64,000 bases of DNA. Origin: Candidatus Moraniibacteriota bacterium (GTDB lineage: Bacteria > Patescibacteriota > Minisyncoccia > Moranbacterales > UBA1568). Made by a program: the position numbers and the translations under genes. The notes beneath the pieces are model-generated. The model did not search any database. It was not told the DNA's origin and saw only the letters and a program-made list of their open reading frames with translations. This document shows positions 31,002 to 40,226 of this stretch, in pieces. Position 1 is the first letter of the stretch. Every line of letters begins with the position of its first letter. The stretch spans positions 3,080 through 67,079 of the forward strand of contig JAAXXG010000005.1 in assembly GCA_013334575.1 (NCBI GenBank), given 5' to 3'.

Positions 31002-31967
31002 ATGCGAGAGTACCTCACGGAATTCCGAAACATCGACTACGTCATCCGGAATGCGGAGAAAATACTCCTCTTCGCTCATACCCGGCCCGATTCCGACACC
31101 GTCGGAGCGAATATCGCCCTTCAGGAACACATAGAGACTCTCGGGAAGCAGGTAGACATCGCCTGTCAGGACGTCTTTCCGGAGTTTGCCAAGGCGCTGT
31201 TTCCCTCCACGAAGTTCATCACGCCGGATCAGCTCGATTTCGGAGAATACGACGCGTTTATCGCGTCGGACAGCGTGAATCGCGGTTTTCATGCCGTCCG
31301 CAACCGGATTTCTGAAGAGAAGGTCGTCATCCTGATCGATCATCACCCCATAGAGGACCCCGAGGGGGACGTCATCATCATCGATACCGGATTCTCGTCC
31401 GCCTGTGAAATCGTCTATCGCTACTTCGAGTTCGCGAATGTGCGCTTATCGCATCGGATGGCAACCGCCCTCCTGCTCGGAATCCTGGGGGATACCGGAA
31501 ATTTACAACACTCCTCGACGACTCCCGCGACCTTTTCCGCCGCGGCAGCACTTATCCGAAGCGGCGCCCAACTTCCGAAGATCACGAATGACGTCTTCTC
31601 GAACAACAAAATCAGCACGCTTAAGCTGTGGGGGAGGGCACTTTCCCGAGCTCGCATCAATCCGCAGAACGGGATGATCTATTCCGCGATCACGGGACGA
31701 GACATCGAGGAACTCGGAAACCCTTCGACCGAGGATCTCTACATCGCTTCCGCGCTTCTCAATAACGTTCCGGATTCACGTTTCTCGCTTCTCTTCTATC
31801 AGATTTCTCCCGATTCGGTCCGCGGCAGCCTCCGTACGGAGCCTCACAAGGGAGTGGATGTCTCCGCTATCGCCCAGTCCCTCGGCGGCGGGGGGCACAA
31901 GTATGCGAGCGGTTTCGAGATTCCCGGCCGGATCGTCGAGACGGAAAATGGCTGGGAGGTGCGGTAA
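31002..31967 (+). CDS. nrnA: DHH-family phosphoesterase (NrnA-like)
   Basis: HTRPDSD, IDHH, GILGDTG, GGGGHKYASG. Confidence 0.92.
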   Translation: MREYLTEFRNIDYVIRNAEKILLFAHTRPDSDTVGANIALQEHIETLGKQVDIACQDVFPEFAKALFPSTKFITPDQLDFGEYDAFIASDSVNRGFHAVRNRISEEKVVILIDHHPIEDPEGDVIIIDTGFSSACEIVYRYFEFANVRLSHRMATALLLGILGDTGNLQHSSTTPATFSAAAALIRSGAQLPKITNDVFSNNKISTLKLWGRALSRARINPQNGMIYSAITGRDIEELGNPSTEDLYIASALLNNVPDSRFSLLFYQISPDSVRGSLRTEPHKGVDVSAIAQSLGGGGHKYASGFEIPGRIVETENGWEVR

Positions 31968-31987
31968 AACGGAGTTATCAACCACTT

Positions 31988-32593
31988 ATGAACGATGCGG
32001 TTTCCGACATCAAGAAACGTCTCCTGCTCGACCTGAACGGACGCATGTCGGAAGACTGCGTATGTTCGCTACGCCGTACCGCGACGCAGGCCGTGCCCGG
32101 AGCGGGGAATGCCTCAGCGGAGGTCCTATTCATCGGCGAAGCCCCGGGTAAGAACGAGGATCTGCAGGGAGTGCCGTTCGTAGGCGCAGCCGGAAAGTTC
32201 CTCGACGAGATGCTCGACTCGATCGGGATGAGGCGCGACGACATCTATATCACGAACATCGTCAAATATCGGCCGCCGGATAACCGCGATCCGCTTCCGG
32301 AAGAGATCCGGGACTGTTCCGAATGGCTGCACGAGCAGATCGGGATCATCGATCCTCTTCTGATCGTAACGCTCGGACGGCACGCTATGAACCATTTCTT
32401 CCCGGACCTGCGCATATCGGAGTCTCACGGAAAGGCTTTTCGCAGGGAATTCCCGCAAGGAAGGGCTCAAGTCTTTTACGCGCTCTATCATCCGGCGGCT
32501 GCGCTGTACAACGGGGGAATGCGCGAAACGCTCAAGCAGGACTTCCTCCGAATCCCGGCGCTCTTACGTAAACTCCGCCCTGAGCGTGAATAA
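31988..32593 (+). CDS. Uracil-DNA glycosylase, family 4-like
   Basis: FIGEAPG, PFVGAAG, YRPPDNRDP, YHPAAALY. Confidence 0.93.
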   Translation: MNDAVSDIKKRLLLDLNGRMSEDCVCSLRRTATQAVPGAGNASAEVLFIGEAPGKNEDLQGVPFVGAAGKFLDEMLDSIGMRRDDIYITNIVKYRPPDNRDPLPEEIRDCSEWLHEQIGIIDPLLIVTLGRHAMNHFFPDLRISESHGKAFRREFPQGRAQVFYALYHPAAALYNGGMRETLKQDFLRIPALLRKLRPERE

Positions 32594-32672
32594 ACGGAGG
32601 ACAACCGCCTTCATGCGCGTTTCGTTGACGTTCCGTGACCGTTTCTGGTACCCTGGGTTTGTTTTGAGGTAC

Positions 32673-32743
32673 GGTCCGATGGCCGAGTGGTCAGGCACGG
32701 GTCTGCAAAACCCTTCACGGCGGTTCGATTCCGCCTCGGACCT
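32673..32743 (+). tRNA. tRNA-Cys(GCA)
   Basis: Cloverleaf; anticodon loop CTGCAAA; U discriminator. Confidence 0.93.
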
Positions 32744-32775
32744 CAAGCAAATGAATCGGCCCTTTGAGCGGATAT

Positions 32776-32859
32776 GCCGCGGTGGTGGAACTGGTAGACA
32801 CAGGAGACTTAAAATCTCCCGGCCGCAAGGCCATGCGGGTTCGATTCCCGCCTGCGGCA
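32776..32859 (+). tRNA. tRNA-Leu(TAA)
   Basis: GGAGA-CTTAAAA-TCTCC; long variable arm GGCC-GCAA-GGCC. Confidence 0.95.
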
Positions 32860-32896
32860 CAAGAGTCGATGGCGATTTCCGAAACAAAACGAACAC

Positions 32897-35689
32897 ATGG
32901 CTCTCTGCCACAGCCTCCGCTGCGAACATTCCGTGACGCCGCTTGGCGTCGACGAACCGAATCCGCTTCTCGAATGGCACATCGAAAGCGAACAAGCCGG
33001 CTTTCTTCAGACGGCCTATCGGATTCAGGCAGCCCTTTCGAAGGAAGTCCTCGAACAGGAGCGTGACCTCACATGGGATACGGGAGAGGTCGAATCGTGG
33101 CACACGTTCGATATCCCGTACGAGGGTCTTCCCATCGCAAGCGCGCAACGTTATTTCTGGCGGGTCGCATCCCGGAATCAGGACGGCATATGGACGCCAT
33201 GGAGTAAGACTAGCTGGTGGGAAACCGGCCTTCTCAGGACCGAGGACTGGCACGCAAAGTTCATCGAACCTGGAAAGGAGGACGGCGTCGGCGCCGAGCG
33301 TCCGGCACCATATTTCCGCGCCGTGTTCGATATCGACCAGCCGATCAAGTCCGCAAGGGCATATGTGTCCTGTCACGGCATATATGAACTTTCCCTCAAC
33401 GGAGCACCCGTCGGAGACGCGGTATTCGCTCCGGGGTATACGAATTACCCCGATAGACTCCAATACCAGACCTACGATGTGACGGAATTTGTCCGCTCCG
33501 GAGGCAATGCCGTCGGCATGATTGTCGGCGACGGATGGTACAGAGGACGACTCGGTATCACCTCGCAGCGGGATACGTATGGCACCGTTCTGGGCGCGCT
33601 ACTACACCTCGACATCCTTCATACTGACGGGACTCATACGGTCGTGGCAACCGGGGAGGACTGGAAGTACGCGTTCGGCCCCATCAGAAATTCCGATTTG
33701 AAGGACGGCGAGACCTACGATGCCAGACTGGAATTCGACGGGTGGGATATTTTCGGATTCGATGATTCCGACTGGAAACCGGCTCAAGTCGCCGAACACA
33801 GGCTCGGCACGCTCGTGGCCTCGTCCGCCCCTCCGGTCAGGCGGAAGGAGCGCTTTCGACCGATCAACATCACGAAGTGTTCCCACGACACGTTTCTCCT
33901 CGATTTCGGTCAGAATATCGCCGGACGCGTCCGATTCCGGATTACAGGACCCCGTGGAACACGCGTCCGGATCCGACACGGAGAGACGCTCGACCAGAAC
34001 GGGCGACTCTCGCTCAAACATCTGCAGCCGACCGCGCCAGGCCTCCCGAAACTCCGCCAGGAAGACCTTTACATACTGAAAGGGGATGATTCGGAGGAAT
34101 ATGAGCCGCGATTCACATACCATGGATTCCGCTACGCGGAAGTCTCTGGATGGCCGTCGGACATTCTCGTTGCCGATTCATTCGAAGCGATCGCGATACG
34201 TACCGACTTTGAACGAACGGGCTATTTCCGCTGTTCGGATCCGGACCTGAACCGCCTGTATCGAAACATCCTCTGGAGCATGCGGGGAAATTCCGTCGAT
34301 ATCCCGACGGACTGCCCGACCCGTGAACGATCAGGATGGACCGCGGACGCGCATTTGTTCGCTGCGACTGCCACCTACGCTTACGATACCAGGACTTTCT
34401 ACGAAAAGTGGCTCTCTGACCTTTACTCGGACCAGCATCCGGACGGCCTCGTTCCGGATACGATTCCGGATCCGGGAGGCGCCCGCGCGAACGCCGTTTC
34501 CAGAATAACGGACGGATCATCAGGCTGGGGAGATGCGGCCGTCATCATACCATGGATACTCTATTCGCAAACCGGAGACCACCGAATCCTGGAGCGACAA
34601 TACCGCAGCATGAAGAACTGGGTCGACTACGGGAAAAAAAGGTTGTCGAGAACGGGATGGTCTCACCGGATGAACCCCGTCGAGCGCCTGAACGCATCCC
34701 GAATGCATCGGGAGCCGTATATCCTGGACAGCGGCTATCATTGGGGAGAATGGCTCCGTCCTGGCGAACGAAAGTCAGTCCCTCTCACGATGGGAAAGAA
34801 CATCCTGCTCGATGACCGCAGCGAAAGCGTAGCTGCGACCGCCTATCTGGCACATTCGGCCGACCTCCTCTCGCGCATCGCGAACATACTAGATGTTCCC
34901 GACGACGCCAGACGCTATTCGGAACTGTTCGATCACATTCGAAAGGCGTATTCCGAAGAGTTCATAAGAGATGGCCGCATGAACCCGGACGATCAGTCCG
35001 TGTACGTCAGGACGCTCGCCTTCTCCCTGGCACCCGACGCACTCCGGCCGATGCTTGCGAAGCGGCTCAATGAACTCGTCGAACACGGCGGCTACCATCC
35101 GGATACGGGCTTCCTTTCAACCGCATACCTTCTCGAGGCGCTCAACGATGCCGGATTCGCGGATACCGCCTACCGGCTCCTGAAGACGGACACGTACCCC
35201 TCCTGGCTCCATCAGATCAGAAACGGCGCAACGACCATCTGGGAAAGCTGGGATGGGATAGACAGCAAAGGGCAGGCGCATTTTTCGCACAATCACACGG
35301 CGCTGGGATCCATCGGACGATGGTTTTTCGAATCCATCGCGGGAATAAAGGTCGACGCCACGAAAGATGATCCCACCGTCTTCCGCATCGCTCCCGCTCT
35401 TGGCGGCGGATTGACATATGCCGCCGCGACGTATCATTCGCCATTCGGGATCGTCCGAACACGCTGGGACCTCATGGAAGACCGTTCGGCACGACTCCTT
35501 GTTTCCATCCCGCCAAATACGAGAGCGGAAATCAGCTTTCCAACACAAGATCGAGACACCATAACCGAATCCGGTTTTCCTGTACACGGCCGAAAGGACA
35601 TCCTCCCTATCCGTCGAGAAGAAACGCGATCCGACTACCTTGTCGTAAGCGGCACATATGTCTTCGAGTGGCCGCATGAAAGGAAGTAA
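32897..35689 (+). CDS. GH78 alpha-L-rhamnosidase
   Basis: DFGQNIAG, PRFTYHGFRY, PTDCPTRERSGWTAD, GATTIWESWD, SHNH. Confidence 0.93.
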   Translation: MALCHSLRCEHSVTPLGVDEPNPLLEWHIESEQAGFLQTAYRIQAALSKEVLEQERDLTWDTGEVESWHTFDIPYEGLPIASAQRYFWRVASRNQDGIWTPWSKTSWWETGLLRTEDWHAKFIEPGKEDGVGAERPAPYFRAVFDIDQPIKSARAYVSCHGIYELSLNGAPVGDAVFAPGYTNYPDRLQYQTYDVTEFVRSGGNAVGMIVGDGWYRGRLGITSQRDTYGTVLGALLHLDILHTDGTHTVVATGEDWKYAFGPIRNSDLKDGETYDARLEFDGWDIFGFDDSDWKPAQVAEHRLGTLVASSAPPVRRKERFRPINITKCSHDTFLLDFGQNIAGRVRFRITGPRGTRVRIRHGETLDQNGRLSLKHLQPTAPGLPKLRQEDLYILKGDDSEEYEPRFTYHGFRYAEVSGWPSDILVADSFEAIAIRTDFERTGYFRCSDPDLNRLYRNILWSMRGNSVDIPTDCPTRERSGWTADAHLFAATATYAYDTRTFYEKWLSDLYSDQHPDGLVPDTIPDPGGARANAVSRITDGSSGWGDAAVIIPWILYSQTGDHRILERQYRSMKNWVDYGKKRLSRTGWSHRMNPVERLNASRMHREPYILDSGYHWGEWLRPGERKSVPLTMGKNILLDDRSESVAATAYLAHSADLLSRIANILDVPDDARRYSELFDHIRKAYSEEFIRDGRMNPDDQSVYVRTLAFSLAPDALRPMLAKRLNELVEHGGYHPDTGFLSTAYLLEALNDAGFADTAYRLLKTDTYPSWLHQIRNGATTIWESWDGIDSKGQAHFSHNHTALGSIGRWFFESIAGIKVDATKDDPTVFRIAPALGGGLTYAAATYHSPFGIVRTRWDLMEDRSARLLVSIPPNTRAEISFPTQDRDTITESGFPVHGRKDILPIRREETRSDYLVVSGTYVFEWPHERK

Positions 35690-35691
35690 CT

Positions 35692-35721
35692 GAAAAGACC
35701 CCGGTCAGACGGGGTCTTTTC
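35692..35721. terminator. Bidirectional terminator
   Basis: GAAAAGACCCCG-GTCAGA-CGGGGTCTTTTC. Confidence 0.8.
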
Positions 35722-35750
35722 CTTGGATATACGATCGGATCACGGCGATA

Positions 35751-36362
35751 TCAGTCGAGGACGACCTGCGCGACAAGGTGCCGTCGGCCGAACGCAAAGG
35801 CCTCTTTCTTGGTCTCCATGTAGATATCGAAGCGGTTTCCCTTTATCGCGCCGCCGCGATCCTCGCACCGGAAGACCCCGAGCCCGTCGATATCGATCTT
35901 GGCACCGAAAGGAAACTGCGGGGGACATGCGAGCGTACGGTTCTCCGCGACACGGAGACCGGAAGCGGTGACGCCGTCGGACTTTCCGCACTCATCGGCG
36001 GATGCGGTATATGCCGACGCATTTATCTCGAACGCCCCTTCGGGAAGCGCCTCCCAACGGTCAAGCTGCTTCTGCTTCCATCGTGCGAGGATGCGCTCCT
36101 CGGGCGAGGGAGTCGCGCGCTCTTCGGATACGGTCGACCGATCCGCCTCCGGAAGACCGAAGGCCGTCTTCAGCGAAAAGATGTCGTCGATACTCATCCG
36201 AGACGAGCTCTGCCCGTTCGACAGAGCATCGGAACGGTCGTCTACGGATTCGGCATTCGCGGCGTTCGCCCATGACAGGATCACTATCGATAGGACGAAC
36301 GCCAGACGTTTACCATGCATACGATACTGACAGTGCTTATCCAAGCCCTCCGCTTGGGCCAT
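35751..36362 (-). CDS. Secreted 3D-domain (MltA-like) cell-wall protein; start probably MHGKRL
   Basis: ASAYT...TASG...PFGAKI...EDRGGAIKGNRFDIY. Confidence 0.88.
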   Translation of the reverse strand: MAQAEGLDKHCQYRMHGKRLAFVLSIVILSWANAANAESVDDRSDALSNGQSSSRMSIDDIFSLKTAFGLPEADRSTVSEERATPSPEERILARWKQKQLDRWEALPEGAFEINASAYTASADECGKSDGVTASGLRVAENRTLACPPQFPFGAKIDIDGLGVFRCEDRGGAIKGNRFDIYMETKKEAFAFGRRHLVAQVVLD

Positions 36363-36504
36363 GCTCCCAGGTTTTTCCGAGCATAACTGACAATGCTAGC
36401 ACATATTTGTAATAATGTCAATATTGCGAAGCAGGGGAAAACACGAAAGAATCATGATATGATTTGAAACAAGCCAAAAAGCATCCTAAGGAGGGGATGA
36501 CCTC

Positions 36505-36648
36505 ATGGCAAGAATAGCCCAAAAGCAACGCCACGTCGTTCCTCGCGGAGCCCGGAAGTCCGGGAAGTTTCCGTGCAAATGGCGAGTGTCCGGGAAACGA
36601 TTCCGAATCGTCGAGAGAGCAGATCGGAGCCGAAAGAATCTGGAATGA
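36505..36648 (+). CDS. Small basic hypothetical protein (47 aa)
   Basis: AAGGAGG SD at 36488; MARIAQKQRHVVPRGARKSGKFPCKWRVSGKRFRIVERADRSRKNLE; followed by terminator AGAAAAGCCCTTGAACAAGGGCTTTTCT. Confidence 0.5.
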   Translation: MARIAQKQRHVVPRGARKSGKFPCKWRVSGKRFRIVERADRSRKNLE

Positions 36649-36772
36649 CCTCGCCAAACCAAAAAGAAAAGCCCTTGAACAAGGGCTTTTCTCACTTATA
36701 CACGGGATATCAACCTTCGGAATCCTCTTATTCGGAATAGTCGAAGCAAAATGCCGGATTCAACGAACGCAG

Positions 36773-36985
36773 CTAGAATTTTCCATCCAGATATTTACCC
36801 GCGACACTGAGTGCAAACGACGGCAGGATGATGAAAACAGTGATCATGAGAAACCGGATAAACATCTCCTGAAGCGGCGTATCGGGCTGATCCGGACCGA
36901 AAGGCCCGATCAGTATCATCGTTATCCCTATGAGACCAAAAGCGATCGAGGCGTAAATAAACACCCTTGTTGCGATCCTTTGCAT
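36773..36985 (-). CDS. Small two-TM membrane protein
   Basis: 70 aa with two clear hydrophobic helices. Confidence 0.7.
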   Translation of the reverse strand: MQRIATRVFIYASIAFGLIGITMILIGPFGPDQPDTPLQEMFIRFLMITVFIILPSFALSVAGKYLDGKF

Positions 36986-37071
36986 GACAAGTCAAAAACA
37001 ATGATTGCACTGATTGTAGCACAAAGAGACACCGGATATGACAGCAAACCCAAAATAAACCCAATTGCCCC

Positions 37072-37167
37072 TTACGCCCCACGTCCGCAGCGTATCGCCC
37101 CCTCGAACGCGGCAAGCGTATTCTCGGGCGCATATCCGGACGCCTCTCGACGAGCGATAATCGGCAT
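37072..37167 (-). pseudogene. Glycerophosphodiester phosphodiesterase N-terminal remnant
   Basis: MPIIARREASGYAPENTLAAFEGAIRCGRGA* matches the GDPD motif IIAHRGASGYAPENTLAAF with HRG changed to RRE and an early stop. Confidence 0.75.
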
Positions 37168-37306
37168 ACGCCTATTTTCATAAGCATACGTCCTTCTCCC
37201 TCACAAGTTATGCTCGGAATATTCCGCAAAATATATCCCCCGGCATCCTATATGGACCCGGGGGATAACACATTAGATCCGACCGGCGCCGGATAACCAG
37301 CTTCTT

Positions 37307-38065
37307 CTACCTGGCTCCGAGCGTGATTGCGGGAAGGACCGAATCCTCGATCCGCTTCAATCGCTCGTAACGGTCAGGCTTGCCGAAATCGATTACGTAT
37401 CTGTTCATGCCGACAACGGCATCTACAAGACCTCTTGAAACGAACAACGGAAGCAATTCCCGCTCAAGCGACAGTTGTGATGTCCGTTCGCCGAAAGTCT
37501 CGAAGTTTTCGAGAACAAACCGCCTGTTCATGATATAGCACCCCGTACTACTCGCATTGTCCCAGCGGATCCTCCGTTCACCCTTCCCTTCGTCGAAACC
37601 GATAACTAGATTGTCGCGAACGGTTATCGCTCCGCAGTTCTGCACCATATCGTCATTTTTCGTCAGAACGGCGGTAATCTGGGAGCGTCTCATCACGTGT
37701 ATTTCGGCAATACGACGCACATCCACGTCGCTGACGACGGTATCGCCGTTACATACGAAGATGAGCTCGTTGGACGCCCGGGTAGCTGCAAGGCGGATAG
37801 CACCGCCAGTCCCCAACGGAGACTGCTCTCCGACGACACGAATGCCCATCCCTCTCCAAACCTCCTGTCTGAAAATAGACGAGATGCCATCAGAATTATG
37901 ACCGGCAGCGATGATTATCTCGTTACAGACTCCCATCAACCAGAGCACCTGGTGGACGATGAATGGAGAGCCATTAAATTCGAGAACCGCCTTCGGAACA
38001 CCCTTACAGACTCCCTCCATCCTCGTTCCTAAGCCGCCAGCGAGAATAATGCCCGTTATGCTCAT
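37307..38065 (-). CDS. Sugar-phosphate nucleotidyltransferase (NTP_transferase, HddC-like)
   Basis: ILAGGLGTRM...PK, PLGTGGAI, CNGDT, SLERELLP, IDFGKP; GGAGGAGG SD. Confidence 0.88.
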   Translation of the reverse strand: MSITGIILAGGLGTRMEGVCKGVPKAVLEFNGSPFIVHQVLWLMGVCNEIIIAAGHNSDGISSIFRQEVWRGMGIRVVGEQSPLGTGGAIRLAATRASNELIFVCNGDTVVSDVDVRRIAEIHVMRRSQITAVLTKNDDMVQNCGAITVRDNLVIGFDEGKGERRIRWDNASSTGCYIMNRRFVLENFETFGERTSQLSLERELLPLFVSRGLVDAVVGMNRYVIDFGKPDRYERLKRIEDSVLPAITLGAR

Positions 38066-38139
38066 GTTAAGATCCTCCTCCGTTTAAGGTTCCTTTCGAT
38101 TCGTCTTATACAATTTCTACCCATGTAAAACAACATAAT

Positions 38140-38168
38140 ATTATAAATTAATAACTTTTATTTGTCAA
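38140..38168 (-). promoter_or_regulatory. Consensus sigma70 promoter TTGACA-N17-TATAAT
   Basis: Exact consensus upstream of the nucleotidyltransferase. Confidence 0.8.
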
Positions 38169-38319
38169 TATTTTCAGGCACTTCTTACTGTGCAACCGAA
38201 AAGACCGCTTGTTCACCTCATCTTTTTCCTCAACAATTTTCTGCGACACCCGGAATATTCTTGGCTTAGACGGAATCAACCGGAAGGGCTGCAGCGAAAA
38301 CCTCATAATCGGTAGCTAT

Positions 38320-38460
38320 CGCCCCCTTTGGCCCGGAGCAGAGTCTGGAAAATCTGGATTTCCTCACACTCGCTTCTTCCCGTTCGGCTCCAGTTCCCCA
38401 TAAGAAAGAAGAAAAGTCTCATATGAGCCTCTTCTTTCCTTTGGGCTGGGCAGTGGATGC
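38320..38460. repeat. Degenerate copy of the tRNA-Gly-associated repeat unit
   Basis: GCCCGGAGCAGAGTCTGGAAAATCTGGATTTCCTCACACTCGCTTCTTCCCGTTCGGCTCC aligns with 39290-39395; followed by a hairpin. Confidence 0.65.
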
Positions 38461-38472
38461 TATTGGAATCCA

Positions 38473-39054
38473 TTATTTGCAAAACAATGCCTTAACCCGC
38501 TCATAATCTTTGAGCACTTCCGTTCTTACTTCGTCAAAAAATATCTTGTCATTGTAATCGCGCTCGATCTTTGAGAGGGCCCATGAGGCAATCTCTTCGG
38601 AAGACTTGCCGGCTCTTCCCATGGCTTCACGCACATAATCATAAAAATTTGTTGACAAGTGAGCGACCGCATCAGCGGTTGCCATGACTTTTCCTTCACT
38701 TGTTACCGGCGCCTTCCCATCGCGACACCCATGGTGATTTATCGCGTCAATTACTGTTGCGATTTCCCGATCTGGAAAACCAGCATCTTTTAATAAGGTT
38801 TCTGCAATTTCCCGACTTCTCTTGGTATGCCTTTCGTCAAAGCGGCTCATCTCAGCATCGGCAATGTCATGAAGCATACCTGCGGCCATGGCCAATTCTT
38901 CCTTTGCGTGGATTTTCTTCGCTATTGCCTCGGCATAATTCACAACGACAAAAACATGGTTTTGGAAAAGCCAATCCGCCCAATCAGCACGATCAGGATT
39001 CTTTGCTTCGTAGAGCTGACAAACTTTTTCTTTCAGGAAATCAATCTTTTTCAT
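38473..39054 (-). CDS. HD-domain phosphohydrolase (low GC)
   Basis: NHVFVV, MLHDIAD, HHG, ADAVAH. Confidence 0.88.
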   Translation of the reverse strand: MKKIDFLKEKVCQLYEAKNPDRADWADWLFQNHVFVVVNYAEAIAKKIHAKEELAMAAGMLHDIADAEMSRFDERHTKRSREIAETLLKDAGFPDREIATVIDAINHHGCRDGKAPVTSEGKVMATADAVAHLSTNFYDYVREAMGRAGKSSEEIASWALSKIERDYNDKIFFDEVRTEVLKDYERVKALFCK

Positions 39055-39073
39055 ATATGAAATATATCATGAA

Positions 39074-39437
39074 CATGCTTCCCGTTCGACTTCCAGAACT
39101 CCAGCAAAACTAAAAATCACCCCGATGCGGAGTGATTTTTAGTTTCCTGAGCGGGTAACGGGAGTCCTCCGTGATCCAACCTGCCTTGACGGCGTGACAG
39201 GCGCGGAGCCAGGGTGCTACACACAGGAAGCGAAATGCATATGAGAGGGTAACGGGAGTTTCGTCCTCGGCGCCTGGTGGCGCCTCGTAGTCCGGGGCAG
39301 AGCCGGATACTCGGACTTCCTCGCATCCGTCTACACTCGATTCGCTCGCCTCCGCTCGCATCTCGCTTCTGCCCGTTCGACTCCCGTTACCCTCAGAAAA
39401 CCAAAAACTCCCCGAATGGGGAGTTTTGGTTCTTTTG
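39074..39437. repeat. Direct and inverted repeats of the tRNA-Gly 3' end with terminator-like hairpins (att-like)
   Basis: TGAGCGGGTAACGGGAGTC at 39148 (exact copy of the tRNA end), TGAGAGGGTAACGGGAGT at 39242, inverted GTTCGACTCCCGTTACCCTCA at ~39375. Confidence 0.8.
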
Positions 39438-39509
39438 AGCGGGTAACGGGAGTCGAACCCGTATTTCGTCCTTGGCAAGGACGCGTAATAGCCGCTATAC
39501 GATACCCGC
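39438..39509 (-). tRNA. tRNA-Gly(GCC)
   Basis: GCGGGTA...CGTCC-TTGCCAA-GGACG...GGTTCGACTCC. Confidence 0.95.
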
Positions 39510-39559
39510 TTACTTCCTGGACATGCTACCGACTTTCCCTCCATCCGGCAAGAGGAGTG

Positions 39560-39632
39560 TGGGACTGGCTGGATTCGAACCAGCGACCAAGCGGTTATGA
39601 GCCGCCTGCTCTAACCGCTGAGCTACAGTCCC
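39560..39632 (-). tRNA. tRNA-CAT, probably Ile2 (TilS substrate)
   Basis: Anticodon loop CTCATAA; paired G1-C72 and no GGG/CCC anticodon stem, so not the initiator; elongator Met not excluded. Confidence 0.85.
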
Positions 39633-39699
39633 GGCCCCATCGCGGATCGGAAACGGTGGATAAACGGTGATATTCCCGAGTTATCCACAGGATTTCCTG

Positions 39700-39771
39700 T
39701 GCCTGGAGACAGAATCGAACTGTCGACACGAGGATTTTCAGTCCTCTGCTCTACCACTGAGCTACCCAGGC
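39700..39771 (-). tRNA. tRNA-Phe(GAA)
   Basis: GAGGA-CTGAAAA-TCCTC. Confidence 0.95.
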
Positions 39772-39861
39772 GACTTTCCCCATTATACACGCTTTCTGTG
39801 CACGCTCAAGGACTCGTCCAGCATTCGCCGGACGCCCCGCGAATGCGGGGCGAACCCCGTG

Positions 39862-39935
39862 TGCACGCTGAGAGATTCGAACTCCCGACCCCCTCGGTGT
39901 AAACGAGGTGCTCTAACCAACTGAGCTAAGCGTGC
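39862..39935 (-). tRNA. tRNA-Val(TAC)
   Basis: CCTCG-TTTACAC-CGAGG. Confidence 0.95.
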
Positions 39936-40126
39936 GGCCCATTCAACCGTCAGTATAATCGACCCCGAGAATCATGCAACCCGGACAACGAAAGAGGGTG
40001 GCCTTCCACCCTCGCTGCGTTCGGTTGTTGTCCAGGTGAGCCCGCCTCGCTTCGCTGCGGCCTTCTCGTCCTCCCGCACGTCGAATCGTCGACGTGCTTC
40101 CTGGCCACTCTCACTCCGTTCGATTG

Positions 40127-40210
40127 TGCCCAGGAGAGGACTCGAACCTCCAATCCCTTGCGGGAACTAGCACCTCAAGCTAGCGCGTATACCAATTCCG
40201 CCACCTGGGC
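40127..40210 (-). tRNA. tRNA-Leu(GAG)
   Basis: CTAGC-TTGAGGT-GCTAG; variable arm CCC-GCAA-GGG. Confidence 0.95.
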
Positions 40211-40226
40211 AGGTGGGGGAAGGAAA

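Noticed and set aside
32586-32936. ORFs spanning tRNA-Cys and tRNA-Leu
   Set aside because: They overlap clear tRNA cloverleaves.
36400-39437. Prophage or IS element
   Set aside because: No integrase, transposase or phage structural genes seen in the window.
39110-39544. 144-aa ORF, or extra or intron-split tRNA-Gly genes
   Set aside because: The ORF is a translation of tRNA and repeat sequence; the extra copies contain only the 3' ~20 nt, and the tRNA at 39438-39509 is already complete.
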